Under the pieces are notes generated by a model that was given only the letters and a program-made list of their open reading frames with translations, was not told the origin of the DNA and did no database searches. The position numbers were made by a program, and so were the translations under genes. From Felis catus (Eukaryota), in assembly GCF_018350175.1 (NCBI RefSeq), contig NC_058368.1, positions 124,374,001 through 124,438,000 of the forward strand: a stretch of 64,000 nt of DNA, given 5' to 3'. Each line of letters starts with the position of its first letter. The first letter of the stretch is position 1. Below, in pieces: positions 12,358 to 23,913 of this stretch.

Positions 12358-13569
12358 CTGCCAGGAAGAGAGTTACTTCTTGTGGCTTCATTCATCAGCT
12401 ATGCTTGTGGGTAATTATTATACACCTTTCAACCCCCAACAAAAAAAACGAAAAAGCTCAAACCCTAAAAAAAATACAATTTGCAGGGGGCCACCTGCCT
12501 TGGATCTGAGCCAGGAAAACACTGGAGGTCAACGGAGCTTCAGCAGCTGGAATGTTGCTTTAAACCAAAAGAAATCTCAATGGGTGAGTGAGGATTCACA
12601 GGGCCAGACGGAGCATGTGCAGAGCTGCCAATGCAGTTGGATTCAGCTGTGTTCTTGGTGGAGTGAGAGCTGCATTTGGGTCATGTGAGCGGAGAGTGCC
12701 ATCTCAATGGAATAGGACGTAAATAGTGTAGCAGGAAGCTGCTGGCCATGTGCTGTATGGAGTGGTTATCGGCTTTCATAGCTCATCTGCAGTCTCTCTT
12801 CGGCTTCATGCTCCAAATGACAGGGAGGATGAGGGGAAGCAAGTGGCGTTTGAAAGGTGAGATTTCAAGGCTCAGACACCCATGACAATGAAATTAAAAC
12901 AGTCTGCAATCACAAGGGCGTTCACTGCAGAATTATATGTGTTTGAAAAAACCCTGAAAATACCAGTATGTACACCATTGAGGAATAGTTGAACAAATGG
13001 TAGTAAATTCATATTCTACATTTAAAAACGTGAGAAAATCTCTCTATATATTCATCTGGTAGGAGGTCTCTAATCTATTGTTAAATGAAGAAAAAGCTTA
13101 TATATTTCATTTGTTCACATTTTTATAAATACAATAACTACCCACAGTGTATGTAAATATATATATATATATATATTCTAGGGAACATCAAGGAAGATGT
13201 AGAAAGATACACAACAAACCATTAATACTGGTTACCTCAGGGGATTGCAATTAAAGTAGCAGGTTTCTAACTCCATCTACCTTTGTATTTTTAGTCATAT
13301 TATAATTAATGTCTATTATTTTATATTTGTCATTATAAATTTGATATAATTCAAAGCAAACTAACAAAGCTCTACACTCAAGTTAACCAGCCATATAGCA
13401 AATGCTGTCATCAAGGCTGTTGAAAATGGTAATAACTGTTTTCTTTTTAACTTTGTGTGAATATAGAAATGAAAATAGAAGCCATTTTTCTTCATATATG
13501 ACCACAACTTGTTTTGATAAGGACATATAATTTATGATATGTGTTCTTTCATAGAAAAACTACTTTGTT

Positions 13570-13764
13570 TTTAAAAATTTTGTTTGTTTGTTTGTTTGTT
13601 TTTGAGAGAGAGCAAGGGGATGGGGGAGAGGCAGAGAAAGGGAGTGAGAATCCCAAGCAGGCAAGGGGCCGTTACACAAGGCTCGATCCCACGAACTGTG
13701 AGATCATGACCTGAGCTAAAATCAAGAGTTGGATGCTTAACTGACTGAGTCACCCAAGCGCCCC
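13570..13764 (-). mobile_element. CAN-SINE
   Basis: Reverse head ...ctgactgagtcacccaagcgcccc with (TTTG)n tail. Confidence 0.9.
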
Positions 13765-14444
13765 AATAGAAAAGGTTCTTTCTTATCTCTTCCTTCTTAT
13801 ATTTTCTCACTGCCTCATCATTCATTTTTCATTAAACACATTGTCTGGTCTCAATTCCCTGTGACAATATTGCTACTCATTTACCTTTCCTATGTCAGTC
13901 TCTCTCCCCAAGATGCCCTGTGTTCTTTTCATTTAAAACACACGCAGGAACTACTTCTTATAAATCATTATGCAAAATGTGCTCTATAGATAAGTCTCTC
14001 AAATTTCCCAATGCTGTGGGGTGGTTTTTTTTGTTGGTTTTTGTTGTTGTTGTTGTTGTTGTTTTTTTTTTTTTTTTTTTTTTGCATTAGCCATGAAAGC
14101 CAAAGTGAGAAGGCTCAGTGGACTGGTGAAGAAAGTGACTCATACTAGCTAAGGAAAGCTGACTCAAGCTTGCCTAAATGACCTACCTCGAATTTAGATT
14201 AACTTCCTTTTCATTCATTTGCTCATTGATTCATCAATTCCTATGGAAGGATTAGCGCACTCTGGTCATCTCTGTAGGTTCTGATGATGCAGGCATGAGC
14301 AAGGTCTCCACACTCAAACAACTTAACACTCTTGGGTGCATTATATTGTATCCACTCATTTGATGAAGCAGCAATATGAACTTTCTCCGTATAAAATATG
14401 GTATATACTTTGTATATATATATACACATTATTCTTAAAAACAA

Positions 14445-14644
14445 TTTTTTTAATGTTTATTTATTTTTGAGACAGAGAATGAGCGGGGAAGGGGCAGAAA
14501 GAGAGGGGGACACAGAATCCAAAGCAGGCTCCAGGTTTAGAGCTGTCAGCACAGAGCGCAATGTGGGGCTCGAACCCACAGACTGTAAGATCATGACCTG
14601 AGCCAAAGTTGGACACCTAACCGACTGAGCCACCCAGACACCCC
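14445..14644 (-). mobile_element. CAN-SINE
   Basis: TSD tatacacattattcttaaaa / tatacacattatgcttaaaa. Confidence 0.93.
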
Positions 14645-15859
14645 TATACACATTATGCTTAAAACAGTTTTCATGTTGCTTTGATCTTATAACTTGTACG
14701 TTTTAACACTCATTCACTTACATAAACATTTAGTGATTAGTGTGTATCAGGGACTCTTAGAGCTTGAAATAGATCTCCTTTCACAAAGATGTCTGACCAT
14801 TTAACATTCATTACCTTATCTGGAACTTAATCATAAGTTACTGATATTTTGCAATGTGTTTTTAAAAATTTGTTATATGATCATGTTAGACTTACATTCA
14901 CAACTCAATTCTAAGTTCCCAGAAGGTTTGAGCTGAAGGATAGGTCTTTTGTCTCCCGCAGTGCCAAAAGAGTGCTACACTCAGAGCTGCCAGTAACAGA
15001 TACTGATTTTTGTTAAATGTTAAATGTTAAATGCCCAAATGGACAAATCCAACCTTTGGTAAAATGGTGAATTAGACAATGGAGACTTCCAACAGTGGGT
15101 GCTCCTCCTGTCCCCTTCCCAGTCTGCACAGTCCCATTCCTACTTAGTGCAGACATCCCCATTTCTGACTTTGCCCTATGTTTTCCTTTTATCTTAGTTT
15201 TCCAGACTACTGTAAACTTTTACCTTCATGCATATCATGATAGCAACTTGGTGAGTGTTTATCAGGCATTTCTAACATGCTGACTTTAATCTGGAGCAAT
15301 GGCTTTATTCATTCATCCATCCATCCATCACATGATACGTATTTAATAAATACTATTTATGTTCCAGGCAATAGTGTTGGTGCTGGGAGCATGGTGCTGA
15401 CCAAACTAGGTATGTGGTCCCCATTCATAAGAAGCTTTCAGTTTAGGGATGATTTAGGAGACTACCTTTTGTGGCCTTCCAGCACCTCAGAGTCCTTGGA
15501 TCACCAGAAGCCTGAAGAAATATCTCTGAATGACCACCTTCTGTAAGAACACAGTAACCCTCCCCATATCTGGGCAGACAGAATGTTCTTCCTTCTATCC
15601 TATGCTGATGAATAATGCTGCTCTTCGGCTCTCTAATAGGCAGGTCTGCTACCCTACTTTGGCCAGATGAAAAAAGCTAAGGGTTTTTCACCCTGCCTCT
15701 CACCATGAGCACTAATATTACAATAGATGTCCACAGATTAGAATAATTTTTGCCTTTATTTTAAAATCCCAAATAGATATTTTTTGAAATTTTCTTTCTC
15801 TGAATTGTATTTGTTTCATTTCTAGACTTCCATATCAACTGGAAACTGTGGGGATTTAC

Positions 15860-15898
15860 CTTTAAATGCATCTGGGTTGTGGCCATTTCCTCAGTAAC
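15860..15898 (-). CDS. 39-nt internal exon (phase 0 VTEEMATTQMHLK; phase 1 GY*GNGHNPDAFK; phase 2 LLRKWPQPRCI*)
   Basis: Acceptor ttatgttttgttttctgtgttttcccaaaccatcag| and donor AAG|gtaaat; length is a multiple of 3. Confidence 0.55.
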
Positions 15899-16537
15899 CT
15901 GATGGTTTGGGAAAACACAGAAAACAAAACATAATAGAAACTCAATCCACGATGCTTTTTAAATGTCTGTGTGGATGGTAAATTTACTGAACACCTCAAA
16001 ACTCTTTTTAAAAGTTCTAACTTTGGCCACAGATCCTTTCCTTCTATTTTCAACTCAGGAATGATTGGCCAAGTTCAAATGAAGTCCTGTGGTTTGAATT
16101 AAGTTAGCATGTCAGAGAGGTCTGGCTCCAGCAAGCTCACTCCTCCCCACCACTTCCTGACAGACTCTCAAGTGTTTAGAACTTACTTTTCTTTGAATTA
16201 ATTTTTCTGAGAGGAAATCCTTGTGAGGAATCTAGTTGGACTTGGCTCTCCAAAGTTTCTTGTAGAATTAGAAAAACAAAATTTGAGGTTATGAAACAGG
16301 TTAATGGAAGAGAAGCCTGTGGTTCTTTGTTCAGAATAGTTGCTAACGAGGCCAAGTCTCACTCTGTAAAGCTGCTGTGTTTTGTGACCACAGACTGTAC
16401 CACTATCAGCTACAAAGAGGATGGGATATGATAGAGTATATTGTATCAGTGCCAGTCACTGCCAACTGCAAAAACAACATACAACGTGACACATGAAAGC
16501 CCCAATATGATTGTTGTAGGCTAAAGCAATGCTTCTT

Positions 16538-16760
16538 CTTTAAAAAAAATTTTTTTTTAACGTTTATTTATATTGAGAGACAGAGACAGAGCATGAGCAG
16601 GGGAGGGGCAGAGACAGAGAGGGAGACACAGAATCTGAAGCAGGCTCCAGGCTCTGAGATGTTAGCACAGAGCCCGATGTGGGGCTCGAACTCACAAACC
16701 GTGAGATCATGCCCTGAGCCGAAGTCAGACACTTAACCGACTGAGCCACCCAGGCGCCCC
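16538..16760 (-). mobile_element. CAN-SINE at the end of a MER5-like element (which runs to about 16918)
   Basis: Perfect 16-bp TSD taaagcaatgcttctt (16522-16537 / 16761-16776). Confidence 0.94.
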
Positions 16761-17521
16761 TAAAGCAATGCTTCTTAAATTTTAATGGACATACATATCA
16801 CCTTGGGATCATCTTACGGGGAAGATTCTGATTTAGTAGTTCTGGGTAAGAAAGATTCTAGATTTCTACCACATTCTCAGATGATGCTGACAGTTGGTCC
16901 ATTCTTTATGTAGCAAGGAGCCAGAATATTTTTCAAATACTAAGTAAAATATACACTTACTGGGCTTTTACACCCAAGGTTCTCTATGGAATAGTAAAGA
17001 TCTAGAAATATTAACTAAGTCCCCAAGGGGCCACAGAAAATGTATTTGTAACAGAAGTGAACCAGAGGTGGGGAATGGTTATTGACAACATTACCACCTT
17101 GAATATCTGTGGCTATTTTTAGGTTAAAGAAGGAGTACAGGCCTATAGTTGGATGTTATTAGGGTCATATACCCTGAGCTTCCCTCAAGCTCTGCCCCCA
17201 TTCTACTTCTGTGCATTTGGGCAAATTCTTTTTCTCCTAATTAGCACACTGGAGATAATGGTGGTCTTCACCTTAAAAGGCAGCTGTAAGGATGAAAAAG
17301 GATAACAAAACAGCGGTGTGCTGAAGCCAGCACCTACTGGCCCTCTGAAGCTGACTGTTAAATATTGAGGAATTTTGTGAGATGCTTGGTAGCTTGAAAT
17401 TAGCAATGGTGGGAATATTTACCCTATGGAAAACAGCAAATGCTACTGGTAAGGGCTCTTTCTTGTTTTTCTGAGAGCTGTTTTACCAGCATACCAGTTT
17501 TTATAAAGTACTTAGTGCCAC

Positions 17522-17730
17522 GGGGCGCCTGGGTGGCTCAGTTGGTTAAGCGTCCGACTTTGGCTCAGGTCATGATCTCGCGTTCCGTGGGTTTGAGCCC
17601 GGCGTCAGGCTCTGTGCTGACAGCTCAGAGTCTGGAGCCTGTTTCAGATTCTGTGTCTCCCTCTTTCTCTGATCCTCCCTTGTTAATGCTCTCTCTCTGT
17701 CTCAAAAATAAATGTTAAAAAAAAAAATAA
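17522..17730 (+). mobile_element. CAN-SINE
   Basis: ggggcgcctgggtggctcagttggttaag head; TSD taaagtacttagtg (17504-17517 / 17731-17744). Confidence 0.94.
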
Positions 17731-20700
17731 TAAAGTACTTAGTGACTAACGACCTTGTGAATACTACCTTAGCTACCTTATCTGAATTATTCCAGCACTT
17801 GTAGTTTGAAACACATCATTTAGCACTAGACATTTTATAGCAGCTTCCTTTTCAATAAATTCTATAATAGGGTTCTTCTTAAGAGTGGGTCTCTTGAAAC
17901 TGGAGACTGCAGAGGTATTACATATTCTGCCATATACCATGATTGATCATGTTTTATTTTTTGACTCTCCAAGGAGACTACTGAGCATAATTTCAAAATC
18001 TTTGGAGTCCATTACTCCAAAAGCCCTTGATTCCTTTCACAGGAAGAATCAGAGTCCAACCTGAATAATCTCAGGACAGATTCCAAGATAATAATGCCTC
18101 TCCAAATTTTTTTCAATGATAATGTGAACATTGGAACAGGGAGAAAGAGAATATGTACAAGTGCTATAAGATAGGTCTGTGTCCCAGTCATAAGCTTTCA
18201 CACATTTCTCAAAATAACTGTAGTTGGTAGATTAATTTGGAAATGGCATCTGACACAGCAGGTAGGGAGGTAATGTCCCTCTGTGTACTTATGCTGACAA
18301 CTAGATCTAAGAATGAGTATAGTCATCTAATGTGAACGCCCTCAACTCTCTTCTCCTTTTCTTCTAAATTTCTCTGTTCCTTCCCCTAGCCCCAATCTCT
18401 TCTGCTGCAAAGAAAGAAGTGTCTTTTCTCCTTGAGAATGCTAGGCCACCATTAGTGCATCTCATTCTACACAAAATCTGCCCAGAGAGGCAGATTTGCA
18501 CAACCATTAAGAACAATGACTAAGCCTGACTAGCTAAGTTCAAACCCCAGTCTTGCAACTTGATGCTGTTTAAGCTATGCCTTATTTTCCTCATCTGTAA
18601 AGTCAGAATCATATTAATGACTTCCCATAAGGTTTTTCAGTGCATCAAATTGATTTAAGTATGTCAAGCTCTTAAAAGCAATGCCTTATACAGAGTAATT
18701 CTTATATATGTTTACTATTAATGCCATCAATTATTTTATCTCTTTTGCAACTTCATCCTATTCCTTCAAGATCCTTTTCCTTAGCCTACATGCATGCTCA
18801 CATCTTTCAATCCTTAAAAAACAAACCAAAATAATATAAGACAAAACTGTGATGTTTCTTCAGACAGGTTTGCCTTTTCTTTCCCAGCATGCTTTTGGGG
18901 GAGAAAAAAGTCCACATTTTCTCTTTCTTTCCTGACCACCCAATCTTTCCCTGGTCCATTACAATTTCAGTTCAGCTCAGTATGGGCACTATTGTGCAGA
19001 TACTCTGATGGACACCTGTTCTGATGGAAATGTTAGGATTCACTGCACGTTTGGCTGGTGGAACTGATTGGTAATGCCTGCTTTGAAAAACATACAGGCT
19101 CAAATAGTATTTTCCACACATCTCAGGGCTTCTACCACTTGGGCATCCAGTATTATTTGGGGGGGTAGAGGCAGACCCTTGGCAGTTGAGCCTAGGCAAT
19201 GTGGTATGGTGGAAAAAAATGGTGAACTTTGTTACCACAAGACCTGGGCTCAAGTTCTCATTCTGTTCTACACATTGTAGATCATTGTAGATGCTTCACC
19301 AATACTTGTTTAACTGCAGTGAATTATTTCCCAGCAAATCACTCAGGACCCTTGCCTTCTTATTTTTATGCTAATGTATCAGTAATCCCGGTTGAGTCTG
19401 ACTATGGCAGAGTCTGAGTGGAGGTTACTTGTTTGAGCCTGTAACTCAGGCCCTTAGGCACAAGAGTGAATAACCCAAGGGCTTTGAAAGGATTTTTCTC
19501 TCTGAAGGAAGATGAAGGCAGGAAGATGAAATTGGTCACAGGACTCAGACCTGACCCTTTAAATGGGGCTCAGATGAAATCCTCTCCTGCTTGAAGTCAG
19601 TCTGGTTTTTCTCTGGTATCATCTATAATATATAGTGTCTCTTTCTAGTTCTGCCTCTAATCTCTTTTTCCTCTCAAGAGAATCTTAACCCCTCAAGTCC
19701 TCCTGTCATATGTGTTGAAAAAAATTCCCAATGTTAAGAGAATCATAAAACATATTAGAACAAAAAATTATCTTACCTACCTTCATCTTACAACCAGACC
19801 CAGAGAGGTGATAACTAAACCAATAATCATCAGAGAAAATAATTTTCTTTCATTTGTAGGAAGAAAAATAAGGAAGTTTGGATTATTGCTCAGCTGGTTG
19901 AGGCGACACTCCCATTGCATGAATACAGCATCAACAATTTAATGACATCAAGGGTTTGAGGGTTTCCTTTACACATCATCCAAAAGGATGTTTTCATATG
20001 AGCTTGTGCCAGATAAGGGTTTTGAAATGCTGAGTGACATCCAGCAATCCCTTGTTTGATTTCCCAATCTTTTTGTAAGACACAATTTAAAACATCTCTA
20101 TTTTCTTCTCCACTGAAAGTGGTGTTGGAGCAAACAGATTTATATTAAGCTTATAAAGCAGAAAATTAAAATTTTAACCAAACTGTCATGTATCTTGTTA
20201 GCTCTAAATTACACTAAACTGGTATGGTAGGCTTTGAGTCCCTAAAGTAACCATCTTTTTGGTATCATATAGACCTAGGGTGCATGTTTCTGGGTAAAAC
20301 AATGCCTGAGTCCTTCTTTGGACCAATTTATCCTATGTGTTAATAAGAGACGTACTGAAGAAGTTATACATGCAGCAACATACTAGCCTTTAGGCAACTT
20401 TTGCTTGATGGAACATTTCATCTATTTGCAGGATTTAAGCTTCCAAAGCATATATTCTGACATTTCCCTTTCTTTCCCTCAGGGAAAGAAATTCTATTGC
20501 AATCCAAATTGTGAAATAGAGGAGGAAAAGAGATATTAATTTGCAGCGTGAGACTTTAGGCATGATAAGGTTTAAAGAAACAAAAACCTAAATTAATCTC
20601 TGTATCTCCAATAACAAGCTTAAGCTTTCCTTCATCCAGCTAAACAAACAAACTGAAATTCTATGGGCAGAGGAATATAGTTGTCATTTTATTTTAATAT

Positions 20701-20949
20701 TCTCTTTGTTATAATTTAAGATACAAAGAACATACAGGGAGAGGCTTTAGCTATTTGCTTGATAGACTGAAAAATGAGAGAAGTGATTTTCATTATCAGG
20801 CAATTAATAACTGATGGAAAAAGATGATGATCTCTGAATCCCCTTCTGGCAATGATAGACTCCACAAGATGAAATCAGCCTGTTGAAATACTATTCGTGT
20901 AATTCTGTTTGCATGGAACATACTCCTGTGTATTAAATTCTATGCTTAC

Positions 20950-20990
20950 CATGCACAAATAGAGATCCAAATCAGAATTCTTAAATTTTT
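20950..20990 (-). CDS. 41-nt internal exon (phase 1 xKFKNSDLDLYLCM; phase 0 KNLRILIWISICA)
   Basis: Branch point ctaac (21015-21019), tract tttggtttttctctcag|, strong donor ATG|gtaagc. Confidence 0.55.
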
Positions 20991-21150
20991 CTGAGAGAAA
21001 AACCAAATAGTTGAGTTAGAATGATGTATTAGAGGAGATCACTATTGACTACTGATGAAGAAGTATGTATAACATACTCATTGAATGCCTGGACTAATAT
21101 TTGGTGCCCTTATTCACTACCACAACATGCTTCATAAATCAGCTGCCTTC

Positions 21151-21378
21151 GGGGCGCCTGGGTGGCGCAGTTGGTTAAGCGCCCGACTTCAGCCAGGTCA
21201 CGATCTCGCGGTCCGTGAGTTCGAGCCCCGTGTCAGGCTCTGGGCTGATGGCTCAGAGCCTGGAGCCTGTTTCCGATTCTGTGTCTCCTTCTCTCTCTGC
21301 CCCTCCCCCGTTCATGCTCTGTCTCTCTCTGTCCCAAAAATAAATAAAAACGTTGGAAAAAAAATTAGAAAAAAAAAA
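21151..21378 (+). mobile_element. Young felid SINEC_Fc
   Basis: CpG-rich, near-consensus body (gacttcagccaggtcacgatctcgcggtccgtgagttcgag); TSD aaatcagctgcct. Confidence 0.95.
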
Positions 21379-22547
21379 ATCAGCTGCCTATTCTCAGACC
21401 TACTGTGCCCCCAGTAATCAGAAAGGAGAAGTGTGTTTTAGTCCAATTTTCTCTGCACAGATAGGTATAAAGTAAGTATACATCTTGTCCCTTCTGCTGG
21501 CTCATGAGTCTTACATTATGACCCCTCTAGACCACTTTCCAGAGCAAGTCCTTTGTGTTGAGAACCTTTCCTGCCCATTGGTCAGTTACACTTACTCTTC
21601 AAGGCTAGTGTCTGTGAGTCAGGTGCCAATGGTGAGCTATTCTAAGACCCAGCTCTTTGGTTACAACATAATCACCCTCTCAAATAAGCAGATTCCTTCA
21701 GACATCCTGACATCAGGAGGACATCCAGTCCAGCACCCTGATTTTACAAAGGAGAAAACCAAGGCCACAGATGTGTGTGGACCTAGGCCAGCACTTTCTC
21801 CACTGTTCCATGCTGACTCTTGCTCTGTGAGTGGAAATTAACATTGGTTTAGTATCTTTACTATTGCCTTCTGGGGATGATCTCCTAGCCCAGGACCTGC
21901 AACTTTGAGAACTGGGCAAAGTGAGGGGTAGGAATAATTTATCACACTTTTCAACACAGAAATATGTCTACTACTAGCTGTGAGTCAGCTCTATTAGCCT
22001 TGATTGCCCCATTGGGTGGCTAAGTCTGAATTCACTCTGAAGGAGCTAACCTGAATTCTTGTCTCTTGCCCCATCTTTTCAATTCCCTTTAACTCCCAGG
22101 ATCCCTAGTTGCTATCTGGCAACAGTATTTCACTCAAAACTTTCATGGATAATAATATGCTCATAATTAAGAGATGATGTGCATTAAGAGTTTATTATGG
22201 GGCCGATGCTCTGCCAGGCTTTTTATGTATATATTTTTTTCATTTAATTCTGACAGGAGCCCTAAGAGATAGGCAGTATTAATAGCTCTACTTACAGATA
22301 AGAAAATTAAGAGGTTAAGTCACTTGCCCAAGGTCCCTGAGCTAGGTTTTCTAACAGAGGTAGTCTAACTTCAGTCCTAAGCACTGACTCATATTATCAA
22401 TAAACCAACAAAAACACTTTGAGCACTGACCATATGCAAGCCATTCAGCAAGGCTTCTAGCCTAGATGAGGTGTCTGGACATCCAAAGACATGTTTAGAA
22501 ACACATTATGGAATAACACATGGTAAATAATAAGTTAATAATAGGCT

Positions 22548-22750
22548 AGGGTGGGAGCTTAATCTTTTTGTGTGTGTCAGGGACTTCTTTGGCAGTCTGA
22601 TAAAACCTATGGACTCCTTATCAGGATAAGTGCATAAAATAAAAAGCATGGAATTGCAAAGGAAGCCAATTACATAGCAACATAGTAAAAAAAGTTTCTA
22701 AATGTTGTAATATAGTGGTATATAAGCTTTTATATTAACACATCATAAAC
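22548..22750 (+). mobile_element. hAT-Charlie fragment (MER119-like)
   Basis: ggacttctttggcagtctgataaaacctatggactcctt...gcataaaataaaa resembles the recalled consensus. Confidence 0.55.
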
Positions 22751-23059
22751 ATCACCATTTTGAGAACCAGTGACATGGAGAGGAAAAGCAGTGGGTACTG
22801 AGGGGCCAGAGGGATGGGAAACCAAGTGGATGTGCAGCTCAAACTGCTTCTCATATCTTCCCAGCTCACCCAAGCCCATGCTTCATTCCCAGAGAGTGTA
22901 AACTGTATATGTATTTTCATCGTGCTGTGCATTTCCATGTACTGGTTTTTCTCATTGCTCCATAATAAATTGGTTTGCTCACAGCTCTCTAAATAGATAC
23001 ATTCCTGCACTGCTATCACATCTATTGACACTAAACTCCCACATCTTAGAGAGGGATTT

Positions 23060-23273
23060 AAAAAATTTTTTTAACATTTATTTATTTTTAAGACACAGAG
23101 AGAGACATAGCATGAGTGGGGGAGGGGCAGAGAGTGGTGACACAGAATCTGAAGTAGGCTCCAGGCCCCCAGCTGTCAGCATTGAGTCCAATGCAGGGTT
23201 TGAACCCATGAACCATGAGATCATGACCTGAGCCAAAGTTGGACGCTAAACCAACTGAGCCACTCAGGTCCCC
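23060..23273 (-). mobile_element. CAN-SINE
   Basis: Full body; TSD gagagggattt. Confidence 0.92.
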
Positions 23274-23684
23274 ACTGAGAGAGGGATTTTAAAATATAGC
23301 GCAGCCACATTTCTCTGATGTTTCTTCCTCAGAAAGCAATTTTAAAACCACAGTTTTAAATATCAAGAAATGAATTTGGATAGATTTCAATAATTGCAAA
23401 CAGTCACATTTAATTCCAAGAGTGAAGTTTCTGTTACAGCTTTTGTGCTTTTTGTACTAGGGTGACAAGAGTTTCTTATGTAATTACAATGGGGAATTAA
23501 AATTCATTTCACTGCAACTTACTTTTAGCAGAAACCTCACTCTGAATTAAACTAGGCTGTTTATAATTATTGACACCTATTTTAATTCACTTTATGGTAT
23601 TCAGAACTGTGGTTTTGCAATTGTCTTTTCAAGGAGAAACAGTGGTGTTTCTGGACTATGAGCAACATAAGTTATCAAGATGTG

Positions 23685-23872
23685 GTTTTAATTTGCATTT
23701 TTCCCATGAGTAATGATGCCAAGCACTTTTCATTTGCTATTTGACCATTTTGATAACCTCTTTTGCGAAGTGCCTGCACAGGATTCTTGTCCAATTTTAA
23801 AAATTGCGCTATTGTTTTCTTATAGACTTAGAGAATTTTTAAAAAGATATTCTTGATATAAATCCTTTCTAG

Positions 23873-23913
<41 letters not shown>

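Noticed and set aside
21151..21230. tRNA-like A and B boxes as a tRNA gene
   Set aside because: These are the tRNA-derived heads of CAN-SINEs, followed by CT-rich segments, A tails and TSDs.
22870..23003. Minus-strand exon candidate ending at donor TGG|gtgagc
   Set aside because: No convincing polypyrimidine tract and the peptide is unrecognisable.
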